Part shown: piece by piece, positions 37,048 through 47,705 of the stretch
Layout of the letters: every line of letters begins with the position of its first letter
Numbering within the stretch: position 1 is the first letter of the stretch
Virus record (IMG/VR): IMGVR_UViG_3300036399_001297
Coordinates: 1 to 64,000 of that record
Source: a virus
Length of the DNA stretch: 64,000 nucleotides
Reading direction: 5' to 3' (one strand)
The notes under the pieces: model-generated
The model's input: the letters and a program-made list of their open reading frames with translations, nothing else
Database searches by the model: none
What the model was told of the DNA's origin: nothing
Translations under genes and position numbers: made by a program

Positions 37048-38439
37048 ATGCAACCAGCATCTCTATCTTTCGATAAGAAATTATTTGAGAAAGTTTTTAT
37101 ATATAATTGTCTAAAGGATTCTTTATATTTAGAGACTGTAATTGATCACACTAAACCATCATTCTTTCAAAACGAAAATATTAGAACGGTTTATAGCGTT
37201 ATACATTCGTATTTCTGTTTACATAAAAAAATACCAAATTCAACAGAATTAAATCTTCATGTTACGGATGATGATACTAGAAAATCTTTAAAAGATGTGA
37301 TTTTGTCGTTTAAAGATATTGATAAAACCTATGATAAAGATGTTTTATTAAATATAACCGAAAAATTTTTAAAGGAAAAAACAGTACTTCAAACTGTTCA
37401 GAAAACATCAGTAGAAATACAATCGGGAGATTTCGATACTTCTAAAATTTTTAAAGAATTTGAGAAGGCTTGCAATATATCTTTAGTACATGATCACGGT
37501 ATAGATTATTTAGAAAATATAGATAAACATTGTGAAGATTTGTTAAAAACCTTTGAAACTATATCAACCGGATGGTCTTGGTTGGATGATAAATTAGGCG
37601 GCGGTTTTATGAAAAACGGAAAATCTTTATATCTGTTTTTCGGTCAAACTAATGTTGGAAAATCTATTTTTTTGGGAAATATAGCAACAAATGTACTAGA
37701 GCAAAATAAAACTGTTGTGTTAATTTCGATGGAAATGTCGGAAGAAGTATATGCAAAAAGAATCAGTGCTTGTATTTCTGACATACCGATGAGTGATTTA
37801 AAAGAAGAAATCCCAAGTTTAAAAACATATCTAAATGACTATAAAAATAATCACGAAAAATCAAAATTGATCATTAAAGAATTTCCACCTAAAAGTGTCA
37901 CTCCTACACATATTAAAACTTATATACATAGATTGGTGAGAAAAGGAATTAAACCAGAATTAATAGTAATCGACTACCTATCTCTTATTTCAGCCGGAAC
38001 AAAAGGATTAAATAGTTACGAATCGCAAAAAGAAGTAGCCGAACAAATAAGAAGTCTTTCTTATGAATTCGAATGCAGTATAGTCACAGCAGTACAAACA
38101 AATCGATCTGGTTATGGAGACAACCAACCCGAATTGGAATCTACATCAGAATCAATGGGAATTGCTCATACGGTAGATGCTCAAATATCTATATGGACAA
38201 GTGAAGAGGATAAAGATTTACATGTAATCCATATGGGGGTAGTCAAAAACCGATTTGGACCTAGAGATTGTCAAACTATTTTAGAAATAGATTACCCAAC
38301 ATTAAAATTAAAGGAGCCAGATGATGTAATTGATGATCTAGCGGTAAAAACTAGACCGATCAAAAAAAATATTGAGTCTTCTGATAATTTAAAAATTAAA
38401 AGTACATTAGATATTATACAGAGTTTAGACAATGATTGA
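37048..38439 (+). CDS. 41: replicative DnaB-like helicase gp41
   Basis: GQTNVGKS, ISMEMSE, IIKEFP, VIDYL, TAVQTNRSG, SESMG, KNRFG. Confidence 0.94.
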   Translation: MQPASLSFDKKLFEKVFIYNCLKDSLYLETVIDHTKPSFFQNENIRTVYSVIHSYFCLHKKIPNSTELNLHVTDDDTRKSLKDVILSFKDIDKTYDKDVLLNITEKFLKEKTVLQTVQKTSVEIQSGDFDTSKIFKEFEKACNISLVHDHGIDYLENIDKHCEDLLKTFETISTGWSWLDDKLGGGFMKNGKSLYLFFGQTNVGKSIFLGNIATNVLEQNKTVVLISMEMSEEVYAKRISACISDIPMSDLKEEIPSLKTYLNDYKNNHEKSKLIIKEFPPKSVTPTHIKTYIHRLVRKGIKPELIVIDYLSLISAGTKGLNSYESQKEVAEQIRSLSYEFECSIVTAVQTNRSGYGDNQPELESTSESMGIAHTVDAQISIWTSEEDKDLHVIHMGVVKNRFGPRDCQTILEIDYPTLKLKEPDDVIDDLAVKTRPIKKNIESSDNLKIKSTLDIIQSLDND

Positions 38440-38475
38440 AAAATTCTATGTTTTATATAAATATATAAAACATAA

Positions 38476-39366
38476 ATGGATAATTGCTTTCACATATTTA
38501 ATCATAAAGATCTAGACGGTGTTTTGAGTCTTTTGGTATTTAAATGGTTTTACCCCGAAGCCACTATTACCTATAAAGCCGTAACAAATTTAAACGTCGA
38601 GGTACAAATAGAAGAACACTTAAAAAATATTATCAATCCTCATAATATATACGTGTTAGATTTAGCATTACGCGAATCATTCAAACCTTTTGATTTGCCG
38701 TTTGTAACTTTTATAGATCATCATAAAAGATCTAATGAATTTAAAGATATTTTTACAAATTCTAAAATACTACTAAAGGAATATAGCTCAAATGTAAAAT
38801 TGACCTATAAAATTTTAGAAAAAATTAAATCGATTACATTAACAAATGAGCAAAAAAAATTAATATTATTAGGAGATGATTTCGATTCAGGTGAAAATAA
38901 ATTCGAAGAATCGTATGATTTAAATATATTATTTTGGGCTTTTTATAAAAATAACATTGGAAATTTTTTAAAAAAGTATAATAATGGGTTTTTTGGAATT
39001 TCTGAAAAAGAGAAAAAAATAATTTTAGAATGTAAAATGCAAGCGATTGGATTTTTGCGCGAACTTCCTATATTTAAAGGTTCCATAAACATCGAAGGGC
39101 AAAACAAAACTGTTATATGCAGTCACGGAGAAACCATAAATACTCTAACATTGGATTATATGCTAAAAAAATATGAAACAGATTTATTGTTTTTTATAAA
39201 TACTAAGACCGAAAAAGTTAATTTAAAACAAAAAAAATCAGAAAACAATATAGATTTAGCCAAATTTGCAACTAAATATTGCAATGGAAACGGTCATAAT
39301 CTATCAGCTGGTGGTAATATGACAGATATTTTTATGGAGTTGACAAAAAATTTTAAAGCTATATGA
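38476..39366 (+). CDS. DHH-family phosphoesterase
   Basis: HKDLDG, VLDL, FIDHH, C-terminal GNGHNLSAGG (DHHA1-like). Confidence 0.85.
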   Translation: MDNCFHIFNHKDLDGVLSLLVFKWFYPEATITYKAVTNLNVEVQIEEHLKNIINPHNIYVLDLALRESFKPFDLPFVTFIDHHKRSNEFKDIFTNSKILLKEYSSNVKLTYKILEKIKSITLTNEQKKLILLGDDFDSGENKFEESYDLNILFWAFYKNNIGNFLKKYNNGFFGISEKEKKIILECKMQAIGFLRELPIFKGSINIEGQNKTVICSHGETINTLTLDYMLKKYETDLLFFINTKTEKVNLKQKKSENNIDLAKFATKYCNGNGHNLSAGGNMTDIFMELTKNFKAI

Positions 39367-39668
39367 TAATAACATCATCGCAACAAATACAAGATCTATT
39401 AAACCCATCTGAACAGTTGAACCTCTTAGAATTTGAAATGATTACTATGATGTTTGCCTCATACATATGCATAATCAAAAACAAAAAATTAAACTATTTA
39501 AATTTTTTAAAAATTTTAGTGGAAGATAAAAAAATACAACAAATATATTGTAAAGCATTAGGAGAAGAAAGTTTTCAAAATGTAGTTAAAACGTATTTAA
39601 ATTCTACGCCTAATGTATATAAAAAAATATTCAGATCTAAATTCAATAAAAATATAAAATGCAATTAA
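39363..39668 (+). CDS. hypothetical protein
   Basis: 101-aa ORF overlapping both neighbours. Confidence 0.6.
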   Translation: MIITSSQQIQDLLNPSEQLNLLEFEMITMMFASYICIIKNKKLNYLNFLKILVEDKKIQQIYCKALGEESFQNVVKTYLNSTPNVYKKIFRSKFNKNIKCN

Positions 39669-40303
39669 CCGAAAAAGAAAAAAATATATACAACTGTTTT
39701 TTAAAACATTTCAGAAACGGAGAACCATTTAAACCTAGAAAAAATTTTAATGATATTTCAATATCAGTGATAACTGATATTAAAAAAGTATCTAGATTGT
39801 TAGAAAAATTCAATTATATAAATTGGGATGAATTTTTTGGATCAGTTAGACGTTTAAATCCAGACGAAAAATGCCCTAACTTAAATTTTTTTACAACAAG
39901 ACCAGCTATAAAATGTTATAATCTTTTTAAAAAACAGCAAGAAAATAGAAATCCTGAATTACAGATAGACGACATCCGAAAGAGTATGCACCATATCGGA
40001 ATGTTTTGCTTAAAAAATAAAATAAATTTAAATGATTACATAAAACACAAAACTAGTTTAATGTACTCTTGGATAAAAGATTATCAGGAACATAAAATAA
40101 ATCTATATTGTATATTAGATTTAGGAGATGTTTCTGGTCAATTGAGTAAATTATCAGAAGACGAAAAAGAACTATATGCTAATGAAATATTTAAAGCCAT
40201 ATCAACCGCAAAAATGAGATATAACACAAATCAAACTATCAAAACCTACGTAAAAGAATCACACAAAAAAATAGAAACTTTTTTAAAAAAACACTTGCAA
40301 TAA
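39659..40303 (+). CDS. hypothetical protein, possibly gp59-like helicase loader
   Basis: 214-aa basic helical protein directly upstream of gene 32, matching the size and position of T4 gene 59; no clear motif match. Confidence 0.35.
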   Translation: MQLTEKEKNIYNCFLKHFRNGEPFKPRKNFNDISISVITDIKKVSRLLEKFNYINWDEFFGSVRRLNPDEKCPNLNFFTTRPAIKCYNLFKKQQENRNPELQIDDIRKSMHHIGMFCLKNKINLNDYIKHKTSLMYSWIKDYQEHKINLYCILDLGDVSGQLSKLSEDEKELYANEIFKAISTAKMRYNTNQTIKTYVKESHKKIETFLKKHLQ

Positions 40304-40348
40304 AATATAAATAATGCTAACCTATAAAAGAATTAAAAAATTCAAATC

Positions 40349-41197
40349 ATGAAATACAACACATCACTATTCGAATCTATCAAAGATTCATTGAACAAAA
40401 AGCAAACAAATACAGATAGCGGTTTCAAGGATTTCCTTAAACTTGAAAAGGATAATACTTACATCGTAAGATTATTGCCTAACGTAGAAAATTTCGAAAA
40501 AACATTTCTACATTACTATTCACATATTTGGAAATCCAATAAGGACGGTTCGATTGTTAACGTATTCTGCCCTAATTCCTATAACGAAAGATGCCCCGTC
40601 GATGAATATCGCTCAAAGATTTGGAAATCTGGTTCAGAAGAAGAAAAGGAAAGCATTAAACCTTTGAAGAGAAACGAAAATTGGTTGGTGAATGTATACG
40701 TAATCAAAGATCCTACAAATCCAGAGAATCAAGGAAAAGTTAAAATCTTGAGATACGGTAAACAACTTGATAAGATTATTATGAACGCAATTCAAGGAGA
40801 TGAATCTGATGAATTTGGTGCTAGAATTTTTGATCTGTCAGAAAACGGTTGTAACCTAAAAATCAAAGTAGAATCAAACGAAGGTGGTTATGCTACCTAT
40901 GTGGCATCTCGTTTCCAGTCACCAACAGAAATTTCTGATCTTGAAAATCCAGATGGTGTTTACGAGTCTATAAAAAATCTTGAGGATATTTTCAAGCATC
41001 AATCATACGAAGATATTCAAAATGTTTTGAATTCTCATTGGTTCAATAAAGAAGTAACCACTCAAAAACAAGATACACGGTCTACTATTGAAGACGATAT
41101 TGATGACGATGTGGTTGTATCCAAAAAAGAAACCGAAAAGGCTTCTTCCACCGATAAGGCAGATATTGATCTCGATGATCTTTTGAAGAATTTGTAA
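40349..41197 (+). CDS. 32: single-stranded DNA-binding protein gp32
   Basis: IVRLLP, CP..Y.ERCPV, VNVYVIKDPTNPENQGKVKILRYGKQL, acidic tail DLDDLLKNL. Confidence 0.92.
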   Translation: MKYNTSLFESIKDSLNKKQTNTDSGFKDFLKLEKDNTYIVRLLPNVENFEKTFLHYYSHIWKSNKDGSIVNVFCPNSYNERCPVDEYRSKIWKSGSEEEKESIKPLKRNENWLVNVYVIKDPTNPENQGKVKILRYGKQLDKIIMNAIQGDESDEFGARIFDLSENGCNLKIKVESNEGGYATYVASRFQSPTEISDLENPDGVYESIKNLEDIFKHQSYEDIQNVLNSHWFNKEVTTQKQDTRSTIEDDIDDDVVVSKKETEKASSTDKADIDLDDLLKNL

Positions 41198-41201
41198 TCG
41201 T

Positions 41202-41834
41202 ATGAATAATGATCCATATGAAAATTTAGAAGTTGCAAAGCTGGCCGCTATTATGAGCGGCCAGCTACGCCGAATAGATAAAGAAACTGAATCTTCTACG
41301 CCAGCAAATAGAATAGATTTGCGAAAATTTCAACAGCAAGTGGTAAATTCCGCAAATCCTAATTCTGCTAGAAATGTTGACTTCAATTATTATCAAAATC
41401 CAGATGAGGCTAGAATGATGGAGTATTTAAATAATGAAGCTTTGAATAAGGTTCCAGAATTAATTCCCGCTCCAAATTATATCCCACCTCAAACTGTTCA
41501 TGTACCGCCTGAAAATATTACGCCAATTGTTCAGTCTATTCCTGAACCAGAGCCTATACAACAAGTCAAAATAACAGAAAATCAGGTCAATTATATTCCC
41601 AATGAAGAGTTAATTGTTTATATTAAAAGCATTGACAATTCGTTAAAAGACTTGTGTTCTTTTTTGATTACTTCTGACTTTAAAAAAAACAAAAAAAATC
41701 AAACATTAAAAAAAACGAAAATAAAAACGACATCAACAGCCGACTATTTGATTCCAACGATCTCAAAGGAGAGGGAACTGGAATTGTTGAGAGAGAAAAA
41801 CCTATATATGAAAGACATACAGAATGTCGAATAG
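41202..41834 (+). CDS. hypothetical protein
   Basis: 210 aa with a Pro-rich middle. Confidence 0.6.
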   Translation: MNNDPYENLEVAKLAAIMSGQLRRIDKETESSTPANRIDLRKFQQQVVNSANPNSARNVDFNYYQNPDEARMMEYLNNEALNKVPELIPAPNYIPPQTVHVPPENITPIVQSIPEPEPIQQVKITENQVNYIPNEELIVYIKSIDNSLKDLCSFLITSDFKKNKKNQTLKKTKIKTTSTADYLIPTISKERELELLREKNLYMKDIQNVE

Positions 41835-42576
41835 AAAAATCTCCTTATCTAAGGAACATTTGGAAAAAATTCTCAAGCCCATTAATAAAATTACTGAATC
41901 GTGCGTATTAAAAGGAAAAGCAGATCAACTTCATACCATTTGTTCCACAGAAGATAAATCAGTAATATTATATGCAAAATTAAAAATTTCAAATGTTTTA
42001 GATGATGACTTAAAATTAAATCTTATAGGTATTAAAAAACTAATATCTGGATTAAATTCTTTAGGAAATTCGGGAGATTTTACATTATCATTTCACGATA
42101 ATTATATAAAATGCGAAATAGATGATAATGGTAAAAAAACACATTTAAAATATCATTTAGTAGATGATAATATCATTAAAGAATTTCCTTTAAAAATAGA
42201 AAAAATAACAGCACTATCGTTTAATACGGAATTTGATTTGTCAGCAGATAATGCAAAAAAAATTCTCGCCGCTTCTTCATTTGCTACAGAAGCTCAAAAA
42301 GTTTATTTTTCTTTGACTGATGGTGTTATAAATGCTGAAATAACCGATAAAACTGTCCCAAATATAGATAGCATGTTAATTCCTATCACAAATACTTGGA
42401 ACGGAGAAGAACTTATTTCAGATTTTCCCATAAGTTTAGAAATATTTAAAAATCTAGTGTCTTTAAAAAATAACATTAGAGTTAAAATAAATAACGAGTG
42501 TAAAGTTGCAATTTTTCATATTATCGAAGATGGAGTATTGGAGTTGAAATACATAGTATCAGCACTAATTAAATAG
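41824..42576 (+). CDS. 45: sliding clamp, gp45/PCNA-like
   Basis: 250 aa with two similar alpha/beta halves, ending ELKYIVSAL; replication-cluster context. Confidence 0.65.
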   Translation: MSNRKISLSKEHLEKILKPINKITESCVLKGKADQLHTICSTEDKSVILYAKLKISNVLDDDLKLNLIGIKKLISGLNSLGNSGDFTLSFHDNYIKCEIDDNGKKTHLKYHLVDDNIIKEFPLKIEKITALSFNTEFDLSADNAKKILAASSFATEAQKVYFSLTDGVINAEITDKTVPNIDSMLIPITNTWNGEELISDFPISLEIFKNLVSLKNNIRVKINNECKVAIFHIIEDGVLELKYIVSALIK

Positions 42577-42580
42577 TGTT

Positions 42581-42895
42581 ATGGCTAAAAATAAAGTTAC
42601 AAATTGCTCATATTTCATAAAAAGAATGAGAGATTCTGGTTATGTGTGTGATAAACTTCCTATTGATTATAATACAACAGATCCTCGTTCTTGGACTGTT
42701 ATACTAGATCCGTATCAAACCAATGTTTTAATTACTTGTTTTAACAATCATAATGAATTGGATGAAGAGTATTTTGAATTACACGATGGCGGTCAATACA
42801 TAACAGAACATTTTAAAATTAAAACAAGTTCTATTGAAGTTATTATAGAATACCTAATTAAATTTGGAATCAATAATAAATCAATAAAATATTAA
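42581..42895 (+). CDS. hypothetical protein
   Basis: 104-aa ORF in operon. Confidence 0.6.
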   Translation: MAKNKVTNCSYFIKRMRDSGYVCDKLPIDYNTTDPRSWTVILDPYQTNVLITCFNNHNELDEEYFELHDGGQYITEHFKIKTSSIEVIIEYLIKFGINNKSIKY

Positions 42896-42907
42896 AAATA
42901 CTTCAAT

Positions 42908-43279
42908 ATGACTAAAAAATCATCAAAAAATAAATCGACGGAAATAGCAAAAGAATCAAAGACTCCTAGTTTATCTTCCGCCAATATACAAGATATAGAA
43001 GAAAAAATTTTAACCGCGATCAATAACCAAGAATTGCAAAGAGGTATTGAAAAATGGATAAGAAATAATGAACAAAAACAAAAAGAAAATAATAGAGATT
43101 TAGGTCTATTGAGTGGTATTATCGGTGAGTATCTTGATTCTTACATACTGTTTGGTTATAATTTAGAAGGAGAACGTGTAATAATACAAAGCCAATCTTC
43201 CCCCAAAGATCGTGACGCTTTAATGGAATTTTTAAAAATAGTTTTTTTGAAACATCATCAAGGAGATATAAATGAGTGA
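42908..43279 (+). CDS. hypothetical protein
   Basis: 123-aa ORF in operon. Confidence 0.6.
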   Translation: MTKKSSKNKSTEIAKESKTPSLSSANIQDIEEKILTAINNQELQRGIEKWIRNNEQKQKENNRDLGLLSGIIGEYLDSYILFGYNLEGERVIIQSQSSPKDRDALMEFLKIVFLKHHQGDINE

Positions 43280-44252
43280 TAAAGACCCTATCTGTACTAC
43301 AGATGATTTTATTTCATCAACAAATAAATTACCAAATTCTAACACCTCAAAATTTCAAGATCCTTCTTGTTTAACCGGAGGAGGAATCTTAGACAAAGAT
43401 AATTTATTTAGTTTTATTCATCCTCTAACATCACCATTCACAAATATAAACGATATAAAACCGTTTTTGTGTGAAGTAATGAGGGTTGCTGGCTTAGATC
43501 CTTCTATAATTGATAATATAGATCCGGTTTTAAACGAAGATCCTGAAAGCTCATTACAAGAATATCAAAATCAATTATTAAATTTTGATGCACTAAAATG
43601 TACAGGCGATCCTAGATTAAGCATGGGCGATTATCTAGAAAAAATGATGGGTGAATATATGCCTATCGCAGCAGAACAAGTTGAAAAAATAAGATCAGGT
43701 CAAGGATTGGAAAACCCATTAACTTCCGAATTCTTGGAAAGAAAGGCGATAGAATATGTTGAAAGTGTTTTTTCAGAAAAAACAAAAAGATTTACCGACT
43801 ATATTATTTCTATTTCTACCCCATTGCTATCAGACGAAAAAATTAAAGCTATAGAAAAAGCAAAACAAGATCCAAGGTTTAATCTAAAAAATGATGATGG
43901 TAGTTTTAAAATCAATCCTTTTCCGGTCACTTATGCTGGTTGGGAAAGATATACTGTTGGTCATGAAATCGGAGAAACGGTTCCTCTCTGTAATAATCTG
44001 GATAATTTCGTTTACATGTTCTATGTAAAAATAGAAAACTTTACCGAAACATCTGATGCAAGAACCGGAGCAATGATAGAAAAAAAATCAAACCATCCTG
44101 TACCAGAAAGAAAATATTTTAGGTATTATGTAGACCAAAGAGAAGTGGTTGCTAAAAATTTAAATACTCCTTTAAACATTACAAAGGAAAGAGGATTTGA
44201 AAATGGAGATCACCTAATGGCTATGGGTACATATAGTATACCTGATTATTAA
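43272..44252 (+). CDS. hypothetical protein
   Basis: 326-aa ORF ending just before a terminator. Confidence 0.65.
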   Translation: MSDKDPICTTDDFISSTNKLPNSNTSKFQDPSCLTGGGILDKDNLFSFIHPLTSPFTNINDIKPFLCEVMRVAGLDPSIIDNIDPVLNEDPESSLQEYQNQLLNFDALKCTGDPRLSMGDYLEKMMGEYMPIAAEQVEKIRSGQGLENPLTSEFLERKAIEYVESVFSEKTKRFTDYIISISTPLLSDEKIKAIEKAKQDPRFNLKNDDGSFKINPFPVTYAGWERYTVGHEIGETVPLCNNLDNFVYMFYVKIENFTETSDARTGAMIEKKSNHPVPERKYFRYYVDQREVVAKNLNTPLNITKERGFENGDHLMAMGTYSIPDY

Positions 44253-44265
44253 TATGTTTTTATAT

Positions 44266-44305
44266 TAAAAAAGCCGAAGAATTTTATAGTTCTTCGGCTT
44301 TTTTA
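44266..44305. terminator. bidirectional intrinsic terminator
   Basis: taaaaaagccgaagaa / ttcttcggctttttta stem with A and T runs, between convergent gene blocks. Confidence 0.9.
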
Positions 44306-44309
44306 TTTA

Positions 44310-47300
44310 TTATAAACAATCTTCGCTTATTGAAAATCTTACCAAATCTCTTGGTTTTATTTCACCGTTTGCATCATATTCCCATTTTTGACTATTCGGG
44401 TTGAAATCGTATACAATATCTAGACCATTTCCGGTAATACTATTATTTATTGTAATTATATTTCCCGATAAATCTGTTGTTGTAGTAATAAATCCGCCAG
44501 AAAGCCCACTTAAAATTGTGTTATTGGTTGTTATAGTAACACCCTTAAAATATCCTTGTGGGGTTATTTTACCATAATTTAAATTGTTTATAGGAACACC
44601 ATATCTAGAATTTCTTGCGTTCCTTCTTCTAGAAGCATTTGAACCAGTACTAAACCCAAATCCGCCGCCACCACAACCAGCTAACGAATGCGGACCACCA
44701 ACAGGATCGTCTCCCTGTGCTGGTGCTGGATTAGGAGCTTCTGAACTAGGATCATCAGCCATATTCACCCACGCAGCATTATCAGCGGCTCTGGTCATTT
44801 GAGGAGCATCAAATTGATGAGAATGGTCATCAGGAACCTTAGATGAATTAGATGTAAAATTAAAAACCACACCAGCACCATACCCAACAAAATATCCAGT
44901 AGGAACAGGATGAATACCTATCATCAATAATATTCTATCGTATACTTCTTGGAATATAGTTAGTAATCCTTTAGGGGTAAGCATCAACATTTTTAAAGGA
45001 TTGTCACGAACCAATACGTTTTTAATCTTATCAAAAATATTAATACCAGCCGCACCACCTGTATAATATGTTGTTGCGTTTGAGGTTGATTTTGGTGAAG
45101 AGTTGGAGGTAGTTTCAGATCTCATTGTTTTAACCTTGAGATGTTTTACCGATAAAGCACCGTCTAATGTGATAGAACCTTTAACTCCTAAATTTCCTGA
45201 TACTGATAGATTTCCGTTCACCCCAACGCTTGGAGCAGTCAGACCTATACCTTTTGCTCCGGTTATATGAACTAAATCGCCGTTTACATTTGTAACGTTT
45301 TTAGATGTTAAAACTACTGGACCGTCTGTAGAATTTAAATCCAAAAATCCGCCTGTGATAGATATTTTACCGTTTGATTCCATTGAGATACCCGGTGATC
45401 CGGCTATCATTTTAATATCATTTGCGGATCTAAAAAATAAATCTCCAGCAGATGTTTTGTTTGGAATTATATACACAACAGTTGGAACCTTTTCTCCGGT
45501 TAGATGTAATGGATTTGCTTTAGCCCCTGTACCTTTTTTCATACCAGTTGGTATACAACCACAATCGTCTTTTAATTCTTTTGAACATTTTGCATTGTTC
45601 ATATGTTCACCGCCAGCATCAATACCATAAGAACCTAATACGGTTTGTACATTTGATCCCGCCTTAAAATTCTTTGCGCTTTCGTTTATTTCATTTTGTT
45701 TTTGTGAAAAAGTTTCGGCTGCTTTTTTACTAGCATTTTCCATAGCACTTGCATAAGATTTAACCTTTCCTTTATCACACATACCGCACCCCTCACCACC
45801 CGATACGGCCAATGCACTAATTTCGTTTAACATTGGTATAACTATAAAGTTTATTAAAAATTTAGTTACACCCCAATTCCAACAATCCCAAGGTAAAATA
45901 TTAGAATATTTTCGTATGGTTCTTAATATTTTTGTAACAAAGTCTGATCTATCATCTGCTAATTTTTGATCACATACAGGACAACTAACATCTTCTCCCC
46001 CTTGAGCTATATCGTTTGCTTGTTGATTTGCTATTTGCTCTACTAGTGCTTGTTCTTTTTTTAACTGATCTGATGCTGCTTTTTGATCTTTTTGAGAGAC
46101 TCCAGATGTTACTTCAAGATCACCAACAATTTTAACTTTTCCGTTTGGTGCTGTTATTACTACATCTCCTGACGAACCACCATCAATAAGAGTTCCTTCT
46201 TCATTACCCTTAATAGAACCACCACTATTACCGGGAGTTTGCAATTCAAATGTCGGACCATTAAGGCGAAGTCCCGCATCCTCAAGATTATTTATGTCAA
46301 CAAATGATTTGCAATAAGGTATCGCACTTCGAGTTCCAGACACCTCAACTCCACTTCTCATACCACCGCCAGCTTGATTGTTAGAATCAACCCATTTATA
46401 TTCGGATGTTGAGTCTTCTGTTAAACTTGGCATATTATCTAACGATATTGAATCTTGCGGTAATTCAATTGAATCGTCTATTTGTTTTGCTAATAATACT
46501 AATCCAGCCGCAGGAGAAGATGCTCCTATAGCATATCTTATAGAATCTGGTTCGTATGCAGCAGCAAAATAAACAGGTCTTTGCACATCTCCACCATAGA
46601 AGAATGCCCATAATTTAGCTCCCATTCTAGGAAAAGAAAAAACTCCATGAGGTCTACCACTATATCCAGCAAAAGCAGATGCGGGGGAAGGAGCATCGTC
46701 AACAGGTTCTGGGATAGGAGAAGGCAATGAATTGTCGGTTGCTGCTACTTGCACAGGTTTAAAATTTGGATCAACCTTAGTAGAAAACCAATTAGAATGT
46801 TGTGACCATTCATTCGGTCTTCTCATTGGACCAAAATAAGAAGACATACCTCTCCATCCTTGATAATTTTTCTGCCCTGATTCCGCCCTTCCTGCTATAT
46901 ATCCTGATCCATTTTGACCTCCTTTACTTGTAGGTAAAACCCATGTTTTTGCTACATTAATATAAGCATCCGCCACTTTATTTGGATCTAATACATCCGA
47001 CCTAGTTTTCAAACCGTACTGACCAGCTTTAAATTGTCCAGGTCCATAAGATTCTCCACCATCACCCACGGCATAAATATTATGAGTCGATTCTTGTTGT
47101 TGCAGCATCGTAAAATATCTAGCATAAGAAGCAGGAGATCCATCTATACCGAAATCTTTTCCGTCAAGAGGTATATAACCATTTAATGATGAATTTGCAA
47201 TTTTTTGTTGCATCACATTATAAAAATTAACAGGATCTATATTTCCTTTTTTATCAACCGATATATTACCAATATTTCCCTGTATAGATTGAAAAGTTTG

Positions 47301-47705
47301 ATCCGGTAATTCCACGTCTGATGAATCACCGTTTTTAGTAGACCAAGCGGGAGGATCGGGGGGATTTAGATCTGGCGTTTGAACATCAGGGTTAATTGTT
47401 TCTTGAAAACCTAATGCGGTTTGATTTGTAACGGGATTATAAAATGCACTTGTTCCACCTCCTGCTATTGGTGCAGCACATTCAGACCAAGGAAGAACTG
47501 TTCGCAAATCTTGTATTATATCAGGTGTTAATACACTTGGATCAATATGCCCAAAACTTAAATCTTTTATATTTTTATTTATTTTTTTATAAAGTGTGTT
47601 CGATACACCGGGAAAAAATATCTGACATCTTCCTCTATTTTCCGGATCACTTTCTGCTCCTGTTATTACTAGTCCTAAATAATTTCCGTATAATTTTTTT
47701 TTCAT
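44310..47705 (-). CDS. 5: baseplate central spike, gp5/VgrG-like, with inserted lysozyme-like domain
   Basis: gp5 OB-fold motifs YLGLV..DPENRGRCQI..LPWSE and GVFSFPRMGAKLWAFFYGGDVQRPVYFA; Gly-rich beta-helix repeats; QQES..GDGGESYGPGQF. Confidence 0.78.
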   Translation of the reverse strand: MKKKLYGNYLGLVITGAESDPENRGRCQIFFPGVSNTLYKKINKNIKDLSFGHIDPSVLTPDIIQDLRTVLPWSECAAPIAGGGTSAFYNPVTNQTALGFQETINPDVQTPDLNPPDPPAWSTKNGDSSDVELPDQTFQSIQGNIGNISVDKKGNIDPVNFYNVMQQKIANSSLNGYIPLDGKDFGIDGSPASYARYFTMLQQQESTHNIYAVGDGGESYGPGQFKAGQYGLKTRSDVLDPNKVADAYINVAKTWVLPTSKGGQNGSGYIAGRAESGQKNYQGWRGMSSYFGPMRRPNEWSQHSNWFSTKVDPNFKPVQVAATDNSLPSPIPEPVDDAPSPASAFAGYSGRPHGVFSFPRMGAKLWAFFYGGDVQRPVYFAAAYEPDSIRYAIGASSPAAGLVLLAKQIDDSIELPQDSISLDNMPSLTEDSTSEYKWVDSNNQAGGGMRSGVEVSGTRSAIPYCKSFVDINNLEDAGLRLNGPTFELQTPGNSGGSIKGNEEGTLIDGGSSGDVVITAPNGKVKIVGDLEVTSGVSQKDQKAASDQLKKEQALVEQIANQQANDIAQGGEDVSCPVCDQKLADDRSDFVTKILRTIRKYSNILPWDCWNWGVTKFLINFIVIPMLNEISALAVSGGEGCGMCDKGKVKSYASAMENASKKAAETFSQKQNEINESAKNFKAGSNVQTVLGSYGIDAGGEHMNNAKCSKELKDDCGCIPTGMKKGTGAKANPLHLTGEKVPTVVYIIPNKTSAGDLFFRSANDIKMIAGSPGISMESNGKISITGGFLDLNSTDGPVVLTSKNVTNVNGDLVHITGAKGIGLTAPSVGVNGNLSVSGNLGVKGSITLDGALSVKHLKVKTMRSETTSNSSPKSTSNATTYYTGGAAGINIFDKIKNVLVRDNPLKMLMLTPKGLLTIFQEVYDRILLMIGIHPVPTGYFVGYGAGVVFNFTSNSSKVPDDHSHQFDAPQMTRAADNAAWVNMADDPSSEAPNPAPAQGDDPVGGPHSLAGCGGGGFGFSTGSNASRRRNARNSRYGVPINNLNYGKITPQGYFKGVTITTNNTILSGLSGGFITTTTDLSGNIITINNSITGNGLDIVYDFNPNSQKWEYDANGEIKPRDLVRFSISEDCL

